Positions 21,930-34,224 of a DNA stretch of 64,000 nucleotides are shown here, in pieces. A model generated the notes under the pieces. It had not been told where the DNA came from and searched no databases. It worked only from the letters and a program-made list of their open reading frames with translations. Numbering within the stretch: position 1 is the first letter of the stretch; each line of letters opens with the position of its first letter. The stretch lies in the NCBI RefSeq assembly GCF_044704955.1, contig NC_091999.1, positions 53,754,001 to 53,818,000 on the forward strand. The letters run 5' to 3'. Source of the DNA: Pristiophorus japonicus. Lineage: Eukaryota. A program made the position numbers and the translations under genes.

Positions 21930-24900
21930 GGGAGTACTCCCCGTTAGAACCACATCAACCCAAGCTTCCAGGATCTGAGGCCACACATTCCGATTACAAT
22001 ACATTGGCGGGGCGGGGGCGAACATGCAAAGAGATGTTGCTTTACTAGACACAGGGGCAGAAGTTACTTTTATCCATGGAAATCCTAGGAAACACACAGG
22101 GACCTGTATGATGATTAATGGGTTCGGAGGGGCAGAAACTCCCGCTGTCCGAACAACTATCAGAATGGCGTTGGGAAATGGGCCTCCGCGCTGGGTAACG
22201 GTCTTAATATCGGCAGTAAAGGAACATATTATTGGGATGGACCTTTTAAAGGGAATCGCACACAACACCTCGTTTGGGCGATTCTCATTCGGGATATGGG
22301 CGATCACTGAGATTGCAGGGAAGCAAAGTAGGAACCAATGGTAATACCACGGCCATCGCGTATAGTGACTATGAAACAATACCGCATACCTGGGGGACAC
22401 AAAGAAATAGGGGAAACCATACAAGGACTCTTGGAAACGGGAATCATTAGACATGTGGTGTCCCCCTACAATAGCCCTGTTTGGCGTGTGCAGAAATCCG
22501 ACAAATGTTGGAGGATGACTGTGGATTACCGACAACTGAACAAATGTGCCCCTCCCCTGGCAACCACTGTCCCAGATGTAGTAACTATAACAGAGCGGCT
22601 GTCTCAAGAAGGTGCGGAGTGGTATGCGGTAATCGACCTGGCCAATGCCTTTTTTCTCCATTCCAATAGCGAAAGAATCCCAGGACCAGTTTGCATTCAC
22701 TTGGGAAGGGAGGCAATACATAAATGCCTAACTCAAGGTTACCTACATAGCCCTACCCTACGCCACGGATTGGTGGCCCGGGACCTGGACATGTGCACGT
22801 TGGCTCCTAAAGTCTCACTGGCACACTACATCGATGATGTACTAATAAGGGGTCCCACCGAGGCTGTGGTGTCAGTAGCCCTAGCTACTTTAGTCCAACA
22901 CATGCGAGATATGGGCTTGGAGATAAATCCGAAGAAGATGCAGGGCCCTAGCCAGATTGTCCAGTTTCTGGGGATCCAATGGTCTCGGGGTGAGCGCATC
23001 ATACCCGAGCCTGTGAAGAATAACATTAAATAAATGGCCACCTCCACGAATAAAACTGAGACACAACGGTTAGTGGGACTATTGGGTTACTGGAGGAGAC
23101 ATATACCTCACCTCACGATGCTTTTAAAACCGTTGAATGCCGTAACACGAAAAAAGGCCCACTTCGAGTGGGGAAAGGAACAACAGGTGGCTTTTGATGC
23201 AGCCAAAGAAGCCGTAGCTCAAGCTTTACCCCTAGCCCCACGAGTGCCTGGACAGCCTTTTGAGCTACAGGTATCCGTTACCAATGATACTGCAGTATAA
23301 CGTTTGTGGCAGGTTCAACATGGCACTCGTATACCGTTAGGGTTCTGGACTAGAAAATTGACAGGTGCTGCTGCTCGTTACACTCCGTTTGAGAAACAAT
23401 TATTAGCATGTTATTGGGCCCTAACAGAAACAGAAGGACAGACAGGGGACGACAAAGTCAGTTTAAGACCACACCTACCCATTTTATCCTGGGTTCTCTC
23501 AGAAAATGAGACACACAAGGTCGGGCGAGCGCAGCAAAGCTCCATAGTGCGCTGGAAAAGGTATATCGCAGACAGAGCAAGTAAAGGGAAAGAAGTAATC
23601 ACCCGACTACATGAGCATGTGGCTGAATACCCACAAACAGCTGAGAGTGAACTTATGCAGTCGTCTGTCAGTTTTACCAAAGAGTCACCGATCCGCTGGG
23701 GCGTGTCCTTTAAACGTTTAACACCCAAAGAACGTAGCCATGCCTGGTTCACAGGTGGCTCAGCGGTCTGGCGAAATGGCTTTCGGCGATAGCGAGCCAC
23801 TGCCTTCAATACAAAAACCCAGACAATTGTGCATGATAAGGGCGTGGGAGGCTCCAGCCAGCAAGCAGAACTAGCAGCTGTCGTCCTTGCGTTAGAAGAG
23901 GAACAGCAACAAGTACACATATATACTGACGCATGGGCAGTAGCCAATGGCATGGCGGGCTGAATGCGAAACTGGCATGAACATAACTGGCAAATAACTG
24001 GGAAAGACTTGTGGGGAAAGTACCTATGGGAACAAATATGGTCCAAAGCCCAGGAGATGAAAATAACTGTATATCATGTGGACACTCACATGAAAAACAC
24101 TTCAAAGACCTCTGAATATAATAACACCGTTGATAATATAGCCCGGGTACGGGCTGTCAAACAGGCGGAAGAGGAAGAATATGGCATAGGCAAGTGGGCC
24201 CACCACAAATCTAGACATTTGGGCATTCAGAGTACGATACAGTGGGCACGAAATAGGGCTTACATTTGACGACGGACGGTGTTAAACAGATCATAAACAT
24301 ATGTGAAATTTGTCAAAAGGTGAAGCATTTTCCCCTACAAAACAATCCATATTAAGAGAGGGACTCAACCAGCAGAAACATGGCAAGTTGATTATGTAGG
24401 ACCTTTAACATTGCAACAACGGTTCCAATATTTGCTCACTGTTGTTGATACCTATTCTATACTTTTGATTGCTTATCCAGTGACTAAAGCGAATCAACAA
24501 AGTACGATTAAAGGACTGGATAATTTAATCACATACTACAGTGAGCCAGCAGACGTACAGTCCGATAATGGGTCGCACTTCACAGGTCAAACAGTGCATC
24601 AGTGGACGGTAGACAACGACTTCTATTGGATGTTTCACATACCTTACTGCAGGGTTAATAGAACGCATGAATGGATTACTTAAGCAACAGATTAAAATAT
24701 TAACTAGCACTAACACATTGCAAGGATGGTTAAAGGTCTTCCCACAAGCAGTGCGCAATCTGAATCACCGACCATTGTGGGGGGAACTCCCATAAGCCAC
24801 ATGTTAGGCAAAGTAGTGTCCCTACTATTGAAAAAGGAAATCAGACTCAGGACACAGTTTGTGAAGGAGGAAAAGTGTGGGTGCAGTACCCCCAGAAACG

Positions 24901-25015
24901 CTTACAAGCAGGGGAAATCATAGCGAAATGAGAAGGAAACACTTATTGGGTGCTCCTGACCGGTCAAGATATTCCTCTCTCTGTTGACAAGGGTAAATTG
25001 ACTAAACGGGGCTGA
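21930..25015 (+). pseudogene. pol: ERV pro-pol (protease, RT, RNase H, integrase), disrupted
   Basis: ALLDTGAEVT; SPYNSPVW, TVDYRQLN, IDLANAFF, LTQGYLHSP, HYIDDVL; EKQLLACYWAL; SSQQAELAAV, IYTDAW; WQVDYVGPL, VDTYS, QSDNGSHF. Confidence 0.93.
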
Positions 25016-25029
25016 ATTAATATACTTAT

Positions 25030-25580
25030 GCTTCCTCCCACAGGAATTCTGCCCAAAATGGCGACCTATCAAGTCGTGCTGGCCAGCCTCTGTGTCTCGT
25101 TATCTGTGACTGTTCTACTTCCATCCCCAAACACAGCATGAAATGGCCATAAAGGGTGGCGGTTAGGCTAACACTGATCGTACGCAAGACAATTACTAAC
25201 CTTCCTCCCACTGTAGACCTAACTCGTTAAGCTCAATTTCTAAAAGATAATCAAAAGGTTACTGACGAATTGAGCAAACGAGGGCGTACTCTTCATACTC
25301 TTCAAGTTGCTATGAGTTACAGTGAAGGCGTTTGGTCAGAGTTGCGACAACGGTCACTGGCCTTACAGTACACCATTGGTGGGACATCTTTTACGGATGG
25401 TCACCCAAAACATCCGCCGCTTTGAAGCTGTTACTACATCCTATCGTTTTACTCGTAGCGTTATTACTGATATTACTGCTTGTATGTATTCTTTGGTGTA
25501 GATTGCGGGCGTTGCTTGCGCATACACAACATGTAACTGATGCATTACGCCTTCAACTCGATTATATTACTTAGAATGTC
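25030..25580 (+). pseudogene. env: Internally deleted env remnant (membrane-proximal and TM region retained)
   Basis: HHWWDIFYGWSPKTSAALKLLLHPIVLLVALLLILLLVCILW lies just upstream of the PPT; only ~0.55 kb separates IN from the LTR. Confidence 0.7.
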
Positions 25581-25598
25581 TAAATATCAAGGGTGGAT

Positions 25599-26133
25599 TG
25601 TATTGTATAGGGTTAATCACATAGGGTTAATTATGATATTCCGACACTTACAGTGTGTATTCTGCTTCATGCCTCGTGGAATGTTGTTGATGCAGAGAGA
25701 GAGAGAGAGACACCTTGATGGGCACACCATCTTGTTTATGGGACGATCGGCGCCTCGAGGTCTCATGCTTTGTGGAAGAACTGCTGGGGTCTTACAGATT
25801 AGCAGTTGGCCACAAGCCACATGCACCCATGGTTTGTTCAATGGAAAATAGGAACGGAACTGTCCAGTAGCTCTTTGAATTTCACCTTGGACCATGATTC
25901 GCGAGCAGTGCCGGGACCCCTAAGGCTCCAGACCAGCCATCGTTGTGAAGTTCCCGATGGGCTGAAGGCTGTGAGCTTTGTTGCATTGTATCATACTTCT
26001 CTTTTCTTTGTAAACTGTATGATGTTTCCTTTCTCTCAGTAAACGGTGTTTTATCTTTACTTCATTTGTCTTGTCTCTTATTTAACATTCATCCAGATAC
26101 CGAACCTGGATCTATTATTATCGATCGAAAACA
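25599..26133 (+). repeat. 3' LTR (535 bp, TG...CA)
   Basis: Follows the PPT; ends TCGATCGAAAACA, matching the 5' LTR end. Confidence 0.9.
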
Positions 26134-26725
26134 CATGCTTGCGCAAGTCTTTTTACACAGCTTATACAATACAAGCAGCTTGTTGGAGCATAAAATGTTT
26201 CTGGCTATCTCAAAAGCAATTATTTGTTTTTTTCCCCCATACCCAGTTCACACCTTTACGCAATAACACATGTAGGGGCTCTAAGAGGGTGCTTAACCCT
26301 GGTAGGAAGTTACCAAAATAGTTGAGGAGTCCCCAGAACGACCGCAGCTCCATGACATTCTGTGGCCTGGGTGAGTTGCTGATAGCCTCTGTCTTGGCGT
26401 CTGTGGGCCGAATGCCTCCGCCGCGATCTTTCTCCCCAAGAACTCCACTTCTGATTCCATGAAGTCGCATTTCGACCTCTTCAGCCGCACCCCTACGCGA
26501 TCCAGTCGCTGGAGGACCTCCTCCAGGTTTTGCAGGTGCTCGACAGTGTCCCAACCCATGACCAATATGCCGTCCTGAAAAACAACCGTGCATGATACCG
26601 GCTTGAGTAGACTCTCCATGTTTCTCTGCAATATCGCTGCAGCCGAACGAATTCCAAAAAGGCATCTGTTGTAGATGAATAGTACACTGTGCGTGTTGAT
26701 GCAGGTGAGGCCCTTCGAAGACTTC
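26134..26725 (-). mobile_element. Ty3/Gypsy pol fragment (RT/connection)
   Basis: CINTHSVLFIYNRCLFGIRSAAAILQRNME...VFQDGIL...KRSKC...FLG, ELRSFWGLLNYFGNFLP, LCSNKLLVLY. Confidence 0.88.
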
Positions 26726-28392
26726 CCCTCCCCCACAACTCTATCTCCCTCCCCTCCCCCCCAACTCGGACACCCTCCCCTCCCCCCCCCCAACTCGGGC
26801 TCCCTCCCCTCACACCCACCACACCCCGACTCGGGCTCCCTCCCCTCCCGACGCGGGCTCCTCCATCCTCCCCTGCCCCCGACTCGGGCTCCTCCACACT
26901 CCCTTCCCCCCCGAATCGGGCTCCAACACCCTCCCCTCCCACCAACTCGGGCTCCTCCATCCTCCCCTCCCCCCCCCGACTCGGGCTCCTCCATCCTCTC
27001 TTACCCCTCGACTCGGGCTCCTCCACCCTCCACTCTCCTCCCCACTCGGGATCCTGGATCCTCCCCTCCCACCGACTCGGGCTCCTCCATCTTCCCCTCC
27101 CCCCCGACTAGGGCTCCTCCATCCTCTCTTACCCCCCGACTCGGGCTCCTCCATCCTCCACTCTCCTCCCCACTCGGGATCCTGGATCCTCCCCTCCCCC
27201 CCGACTCGGACTCCTCACTACCCCCCCCCCCAACGCAGGCTACTCTCCTCCCCTCCAACTGGGGCTTCTCACCCCCACAACTCAGGCTACTCCACTCCCC
27301 CCAACTCAGGCTACTCCCCTCCCCCCCAACTCGGACTCTTCTCCTCCCCACAACTCAGGCTGCTCCCCTCCCCCCCCAAAAAAAACTCGGGCTCGCCCCT
27401 CCACCACTCCCCCGAAATAACTCGAGCTCTCCCCTCCCCTCAACCTCGGGCACTCCCCCTCCCTCTCCCTCTCCCCCAACTCGGGCTCTCCCCCTCCCAC
27501 TCTCTCACAACTCAGAATCTCAGCCTCCCCCTCTCCCCCAACTCGGACACTCCCCCTCCCCCTCTCTCACAACTCAGAATCTCAGCCTCCCCCTCTCCCC
27601 CAACTCGGGCACTCCCCCTCCCCCTCTCTCACAACTCAGAATCTCAGCCTCCCCCTCTCCCCCAACTCGGGCACTCCCCCTCCCCCTCTCTCACAACACA
27701 GAATCTCAGCCTCCCTCTCTCCCCCAACTCGGGCACTCCCCCTCCCCCTCTCTCACAACACAGAATCTCAGCCTCCCTCTCTCCCCCAACTCGGGCACTC
27801 CCCCTCCCTCTCCCTCTCCCCCAACTCGGGCACTCCCCCTCCCTTTCCCTTTCCCACAACTCGGGCTTTCCCCCTCCCGCTTTCTCACAACTCAGAATCT
27901 CAGCCTCCCGCTCACCCCCAACTCGGGCTCTCCCACACCCCATCCCTCTCCCCCAACTCGTGCTCTCCCCCTCCCTCTCTCCCCAACTCGTGCTCTCCCC
28001 CTCCCTCTCTCCCCCAACTCGAGCTCTCCCCCTCCCTCTCTCCCCCAACTCGGGCTCTCCCCCTCACTCTCTCCCCAACTCCGTCTCTCCCCCTCCCCCT
28101 CCCCCTCAACTCGGGCTCTCCCCCTCACCCTCAACTCGGGCTCTCCCCATCCCCCCTCCCCCAACTCGGCCTCTCCCTCTCCGCGGGCTCTCCCTCTCTA
28201 CTCCTCTCCCCTCCCCCAACTCGGTCTTTCTCCCTCCCCCTCTCCCCCAACTCGGGCTGCCCCAACTTGGGCTCTCCCCCTCCCACAACCCGGGCTCTCC
28301 CCCTCCCCCTCTCTCCCAACGACCTCTCTCCCCCTCCTCAACCCCGGGCTCTCCCGCACCCACTCTCTCCCAACTCGGGCTCTCCCCCTCCG
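26725..28392. repeat. C-rich compound minisatellite (core CCCCAACTCGGGCTCTCCCC)
   Basis: Dozens of (A/G)ACTCGGGC cores separated by C/T tracts; higher-order ~61-bp units at 27480-27920. Confidence 0.92.
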
Positions 28393-28712
28393 CCCTGAAG
28401 GTACTCACTGTGGCTGGGTTCAGTTCTACACTCACTGGTTCCCCTCCCCTGAAGTGCTGACTCTGGCTGGGTTCACTTCTGCACTCACTGGTTCCCCTCC
28501 CGTGAAGGTATTGACTCTGGCTGGGTTCAGTTCTACACTCACTGGTTCCCCTCCCCTGAAGGTACTGACTCTGGCTGGGTTCAGTTCTACATTCACTGGT
28601 ACCCCTCCCCTGAAGTACTGATTCTGGCTGGGTTCAGATCTACACTAACTGGTTCCCCTCCCCTTAAGTATTGATTCTGGCTGGGTTCAGTTCGACACTT
28701 ACTGGTTCGCCA
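28393..28712 (-). repeat. ~49-bp variant of the ZNF-associated tandem repeat
   Basis: CTGAAGGTACTGACTCTGGCTGGGTTCAGTTCTACACTCACTGGTTCCCCTCCC units; same family as 34225-34503 and 52648-53183. Confidence 0.88.
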
Positions 28713-28910
28713 TTGTATGTGAAGTGCTCCTGGCACTTTATTAAACGCATATTAATGTGATCGGAGATCACTGACTGATGAGCAGCCAGCGGCGTGGAGC
28801 CTCCTGAGAATACCGTTCCTTTACAGCCAGTACTTACAGGAGCTCGGACACGGGAAGTATCCCATTAATTCATTGATACATTTGTTCACTAAAAATAGTA
28901 ATTTCTACTT

Positions 28911-30213
28911 AATTTACAGATGCTCCCTGACCAGTCCCCATTTCTCCTCCATTTACAGACGCTCCCTGACCAATCCCCATTTCTCCTCCATTTACAGATG
29001 CTCCCTGACCAGTCCCCATTTCTCCTCCATTTACCGAAACTCCCTGACCAATCCTCATTTCTCCTCCATTTACAGACGCTCCATGACCAGTCCCCATTCT
29101 CCATTTACAGACACTCCCTGACCAGTCCCCATTCTCCATTTACAGACGCTCCCTGACCAGTCCCCATTTCTCCTCCATTTACAGACGCTCCCTGACCACT
29201 CCCCATTTCTCCTCCATTTACAGTCACTCCCTGACCAGTCCCCATTTCTCCATTTACCGACGCTCCTTGACCAGTCACCATTTCTCTCCATTTTCAGACG
29301 CTCCCTGACCACTCCCGAATTCTCCTCCATTTACCGACACTCCCTGACCAGTCCCCATTCTCCATTTACAGACGCTCCCTGACCAGTCCCCATTTCTCCT
29401 CCATTTACAGACGCTCCCTGACCACTCCCCATTTCTCCTCCATTTGCAGTCACTCCCTGACCAGTCCCCATTTCTCCTCCATTTACCGACACTCCCTGAC
29501 CAGTCCCCATTTCTCCATTTACCGACGCTCCTTGACCAGTCACCATTTCTCTCCATTTACAACGCTCCCTGACCACTCCCCATTTCTCCTCCATTTGCAG
29601 ACACTCCCTGACCAGTCCCCATTTAAAGACACTCTCTGACCAGTCCCCATTTCTCCTCGATTTACAGACACTCCCTCACCACTCCCCATTTCTCCTCCAT
29701 TTACAGACACTCCCTCACCACTCCCCATTTCTCCTCCATTTACAGACACTCCCTCACCACTCCTCATTTCTCCTCCATTTACAGACACTCCCTCACCACT
29801 CCCCATTTCTCCTCCATTTACAGACGCTCCCTGACCAGTCCCCATTTCTCCATTTACAGACGCTTCCTGACCAGTCCCCATTTCTCCCCCATTTTCAGAC
29901 GCTCCCTGAATGGTCCCCATTTCTCCTCCATTTTCAGACGCTCCCTGACCAGTCCCCATTCCTCCTCCACTTACAGACGCTCGCTGACCAGTCTCCATTT
30001 CTCCATTTACAGACAATCCCTGACCGGTCCCCATTTCTCCCCCTTTTACAGACAATCCCTGACCAGTCCACATTTCTCCATTTACAGACGCTCCCTGACC
30101 AGTCCCTATTTCTCCTCCATTTACAGATGCTCCCTAACCACTCCCCATTTCTCCTCCATTTACAGACACTCCCTGACCACTCCCCATTTCTGCTCCAGTT
30201 ACAGACACTTCCT
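28911..30213. repeat. 39-bp minisatellite (CATTTACAGACGCTCCCTGACCAGTCCCCATTTCTCCTC)
   Basis: More than 30 units; 13-aa periodicity in the ORFs. Confidence 0.93.
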
Positions 30214-30399
30214 GACTCGCTGAGTATTTCCCAGCACTTCCTGGTGGGCCCAGAGTCTGTGTCTGAAACTGGCGGGTGGTTGTGGGGTGGCGGATAATGC
30301 GGAGTGTTGTCTCTCAAACTCCAAGATGAAACGGAACCTTTGTATTTTCGCTTTAAACAGATGGAACATTGTGGGGTGGAGCAAACATTGCATTATCTG

Positions 30400-31205
30400 T
30401 TAGTGAAATGGATTCATTCAGGACAGGCAGCAGGGTTGCAGGAAATCACACAGTGCAGTGAGAAAGAAAATGGATGTTGTGTAGATGGATTGTCAAAAGG
30501 TGTTCGATAAGGTGCCGGACAGGAGGCTTGTTGATCAAATTAAGGCTCACAGTATTAAAGGGAGTGGGGCAGCGTTGAGAGGAAGTTGGGTCAAGGGCTG
30601 AAAGCAGAGAGTGGCGGTTAATGGAGGTTCTTCAGACTGGAGGGATGTAAACAGTGGTGTCCCCAGGGTCAGTGTTGGAACCATTGCTCTGCTCAATATA
30701 GAGAAATGATCTGGGCTTGGGTATATGGGGCACACGATCAAAATCTCCTGGGAACGCCAAAAAGGGCCCATGGCCAACTGTGAAGAGGACTTTAAGTGCC
30801 TACATTGTCAATACACAGTTTAGTAATTGGGCAGGTAGATGTGAAATGAAATTTAATGCAGAGAAATGTGCTGCGATAGATTTCGGGAGGAAGAAAAAGG
30901 GAGGAAATGTACATTAAATGGTCAAACTTTCAATGGAGTAGAGGAGCAGAGAGATTTAGGGCTGTAAGATTCTAGCTAATTCCTTGTCTTATTGAGGATC
31001 GAGAGACGAGTATTATAACACAAGAACATAAGAAATAGGAGCAGGAGTAGGCCATCTGGCTCCTCGAGCCTGCTCCATCATTCAATAAGATCATGGCTGA
31101 TCTGATCCTGGCCTCAACTCCACTTCCCTGCCCGCTCCCCATAACCCTTCACTCCCTAAACGCTTAAAAATATGTCTATCTACAACTTAAATATATTCAA
31201 TGATT
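30400..31205. mobile_element. CR1 fragments (RT piece on + ~30400-30960; 3' end on - 31021-31205)
   Basis: SGVPRVSVG/MKFNAEKC peptides; AAGAACATAAGAAATAGGAGCAGGAGTAGGCC terminus. Confidence 0.75.
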
Positions 31206-31879
31206 ATTATTAGAAACATTAATATTTTAAGAAATATAATTTGAGCAGATTCTCTGTGCTCTACCACATCAGAGTAAAGATGCAATTCCCACGTGTCCAC
31301 AGTAACTGACACCAGGTCAGCCCGCTGGATGGAACCTCGGGTGCCCTGAGCTTGATCTCCGGTGTCTCCAGTCCCCACTGCCCTCTTACATCAGTCGCCC
31401 CTCACATTTATACCCTGCACTGATCCACCTCTGGCACCGGACTCTTCTTTGTCTTCTCTGCTGTGTTTGGGCAGGATATGAGGAAAAGACAGCTGGAACT
31501 TCTCTAATCCGTGATTTCCCTGGTACCCAGCAGTTACTTATCTTCAGTAATTTTTTCATTATCCTAAACTCCCCTGCCTGCTGTTAGTTGTTATTTCTTA
31601 TAGTTTCACAATTATAGGTATAAGCATCTCGCGTTATAACCTAATCTATTGTGTTACTCACTCTGGTTTAAGCTTACATTGTGATTACTTACACACAAAC
31701 CCTGTTTTTTCCCCGATCTGATTACAGATTGCAACAGTGGGTTCAGTGAATGGTATGTCGGATCAGTGTTGCCATGGTGATCTGTCTGCAGCGAATCGAT
31801 TGTTTGAGTTTCTAACTTAGACTGAACTTATCTTTCCCAAGATGCACATTTAAGTCGACGTCAATATATTTTAGCCATT

Positions 31880-32280
31880 TTATATTGATAAAGTGGTTAA
31901 AGAAGCACATGGGGCCCTAGGGTTTATAAATAGGGGTGTGGAGTACAAAAGGGCAGAGGTCATGTAAAACTGCACAAATCATTGGTTAGGCTGCAGTTCG
32001 AATATTGTGTCAGATTTTGGGGATCTTACACCAGGAAGGATATCGAGGCCATGGAGAGGGTGCAGAGAGATTCATTGAGATGATACCAGGGAAGAGAGGC
32101 TTTAGTTATCAGGGGAGATTGGAGAAACGGGGACTCTTTTCAATAGAACAAAGGGTCATTGGAGATCTGAGGGAGGTGTTCAAAGTTTGATCGGTAAATG
32201 AGGAAAAACTATTTCCACCAGTCGGTGAGTCAGTAACTCGAGGGCATCAAATTCAAATCATCACCAAAAGGCTCAGACCC
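31880..32280 (+). mobile_element. CR1 ORF2 C-terminal fragment
   Basis: SYQGRLEKRGLFSIEQR...GDLREVFKV. Confidence 0.75.
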
Positions 32281-32459
32281 AGGGGTGAGCTATCGAACAC
32301 ACTGTGAAACAATGTTTGGGACACTCACTGTCCCTCCGGATCTGTGTCCAGGGGAGGAACTGATGGGTTTTCCTTATCTGTGGGTTAAATGATGTTCTCA
32401 TCGAGGTGAATGGATGTCAGTGTTTGGGAATGGGTCATTCTGAGCACCTTGTGTCTGCC

Positions 32460-32755
32460 TAAAGCACTTCCAGGGCAGGTAAAACACGGGGTTAGATACA
32501 GAGTAAAGCTCCCTCTACACTGTCCCAACAAACACTCCCAGGGCAGGTACAGCACGGATTGGATACAGAGTAAAGCTCTCTCTACACGGTCCCATCAAAA
32601 CTCCCAGGGCAGGTACAGTACTGGTTAGATACAGTGTAAAGCTCCCTCTACGCTGTCCCATCAAACATTCCCCGGGCAAGTACAGAACGGGTTAGATACA
32701 GAATAAAGCTCCCTCTACACTGTCCCATCAAACACACCCAGGGCAGGTACCGCAC
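32460..32755 (-). repeat. ~67-bp tandem repeat array (inverse of the 4230-5610 family)
   Basis: GGTTAGATACAGAGTAAAGCTCCCTCTACACTGTCCCATCAAACACTCCCAGGGCAGG units. Confidence 0.88.
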
Positions 32756-33248
32756 AGGATTGCTGCACTGTCAGTGTAGCCATCTTTCAGATGAGTCGTT
32801 CAACCGAAGCCCCATCAGCTCTCAACCAATATCACTCAAACAGATTATCTGGCCATTGCTGTTCATGGCAGCTTGCTGTGTGCAAATCATCTGCTGCATT
32901 TCCTATACTACAACAGTGAATGCACTTCAAATGTACTTTGTTGTTGTTGCACTTCTTTGGCTGTAAAGCACTTTGAGGTCATGGGAGGTGCTGCATAAGG
33001 ACAGGTCTTTGTTAAATGAAGGAGAAAAGTTCCAAAAAAGGAACAGTTAGTAACAGGACAACAATTAGTCGCCACTTATATTGAAGAAGTTAAGGAATCG
33101 ACACACTGTGTGTTGGAACCAAAGCTGATTTATTTGTCAGATATCCAGGTCATTAAATCCAGCCCAGTTACAGGGGAAACACAGCCCGACTGTCAGAATG
33201 AACACGATTCAGTCCTGATGTGATTCACAGCAGAATCCAACCCTGAAG

Positions 33249-34031
33249 TCAATTGTGAACTCGCAGGTGTCTCAGCAGGTTGTATGGGGCAGTGAATCCA
33301 TTCCCACAGACGGAGCAGGTGAACGGCCTCTCCCCAGTGTGAGCGCGTTGCTGTTTCCTCAGATCATTTCTGCTTTTAAAGCTCTTCTCACAGTCAGAAC
33401 ATTTAAACGGTTTCTTATCGGTGTGAACAAGTTGATGTGCCAGCAGGTTGGATGAATCACTGAATCCCTTCCCACACATGGACCAGGTGAACAGCCTCTC
33501 CCCGGTATGTACTCGCTGGTCTCTCAGCAGGTGGGATGACCGAGTGAATCCTTTCCCATACTCTGAACAGCTGAACAGCCTCTCCCCAATGTGATTGCGC
33601 TTGTGAATTTCCAGCTCATACGCGTAACTGAATCCCTTCCCACAGTCTCCACATACCCACAGTTTCTCCATGGTGCTGATATCCTTGTGTCTCTCCAGAA
33701 TGGATGCTCAGTTGAAGCCTCGCCCACACATACCACGTTTACAGATTCTCTCCACTGTGAATGGTGTGATGTTTTTTCAGGCTTTGTAATTGGTTAAAGC
33801 TCTTTCCAAAGGCAGTGCACTGGAACACTCTCACTCGGCTGTGTGTGTCTCGCTGCTTTTACAGTCACACTGATGTTTGAAATATTTGCCCACAGGCAGA
33901 ACAGACAAACATTTCTCCTTCCACAGTCAAAGGACGATGATATTCATGTTGCGGTGGATCAAGTGACTCTGTGAGATCTTGGTGATGTTTGGTTCCAGTT
34001 TCCCATCTGGAAATCCTCCCCTTAACATCCC
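33249..34031 (-). pseudogene. C2H2 zinc-finger exon, copy 1 (ORF 33671-33249; five fingers, three with lost Zn ligands)
   Basis: TGERPF linkers; CSEY, WSMC and RKQQ substitutions; acceptor TTTTTCAG before 34031; upstream fingers contain stops. Confidence 0.75.
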
Positions 34032-34224
34032 CTGAAAAAGGAGTTTACAAAAGTCATCACTGTAAGGACAGGATAGAAACTCAGAACAGTCAATTTTGGT
34101 TTCTGTGGTACACATATTCCTCTCTAGTTTCCCCACAGCTGTAAATCCCTATCCCACACACTATCCCTACTCCCCATGCTGAAATCCAAACCCATTACAA
34201 CATCGCCAACATTTTTTCCTTCTT

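Larger units (their letters stand above)
19569..26133 (+). mobile_element. Defective endogenous retrovirus, class III (ERV-S/ERV-L-like)
   Basis: Two LTRs starting TGTATTGTATAGGG, PBS, gag-pro-pol-env remnants, PPT AAGGGTGGAT 25589-25598. Confidence 0.92.

Noticed and set aside
26163-26173. TATACAATACA, a perfect 11-bp inverted match to the LTR start, suggesting the 3' LTR ends at 26173
   Set aside because: It lies within Gypsy pol coding sequence (LLVLY on -). The 5' LTR/PBS junction places the LTR end at 26133, and no TSD results either way.
26675-28621. 648-aa Pro-rich ORF and many overlapping Gly/Arg-rich ORFs
   Set aside because: Translation of a stop-poor C-rich minisatellite; no domain or gene structure.
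28873-30317. Regular repeats as a CRISPR array or repeat protein
   Set aside because: Tandem units without unique spacers, eukaryotic context, no cas genes.
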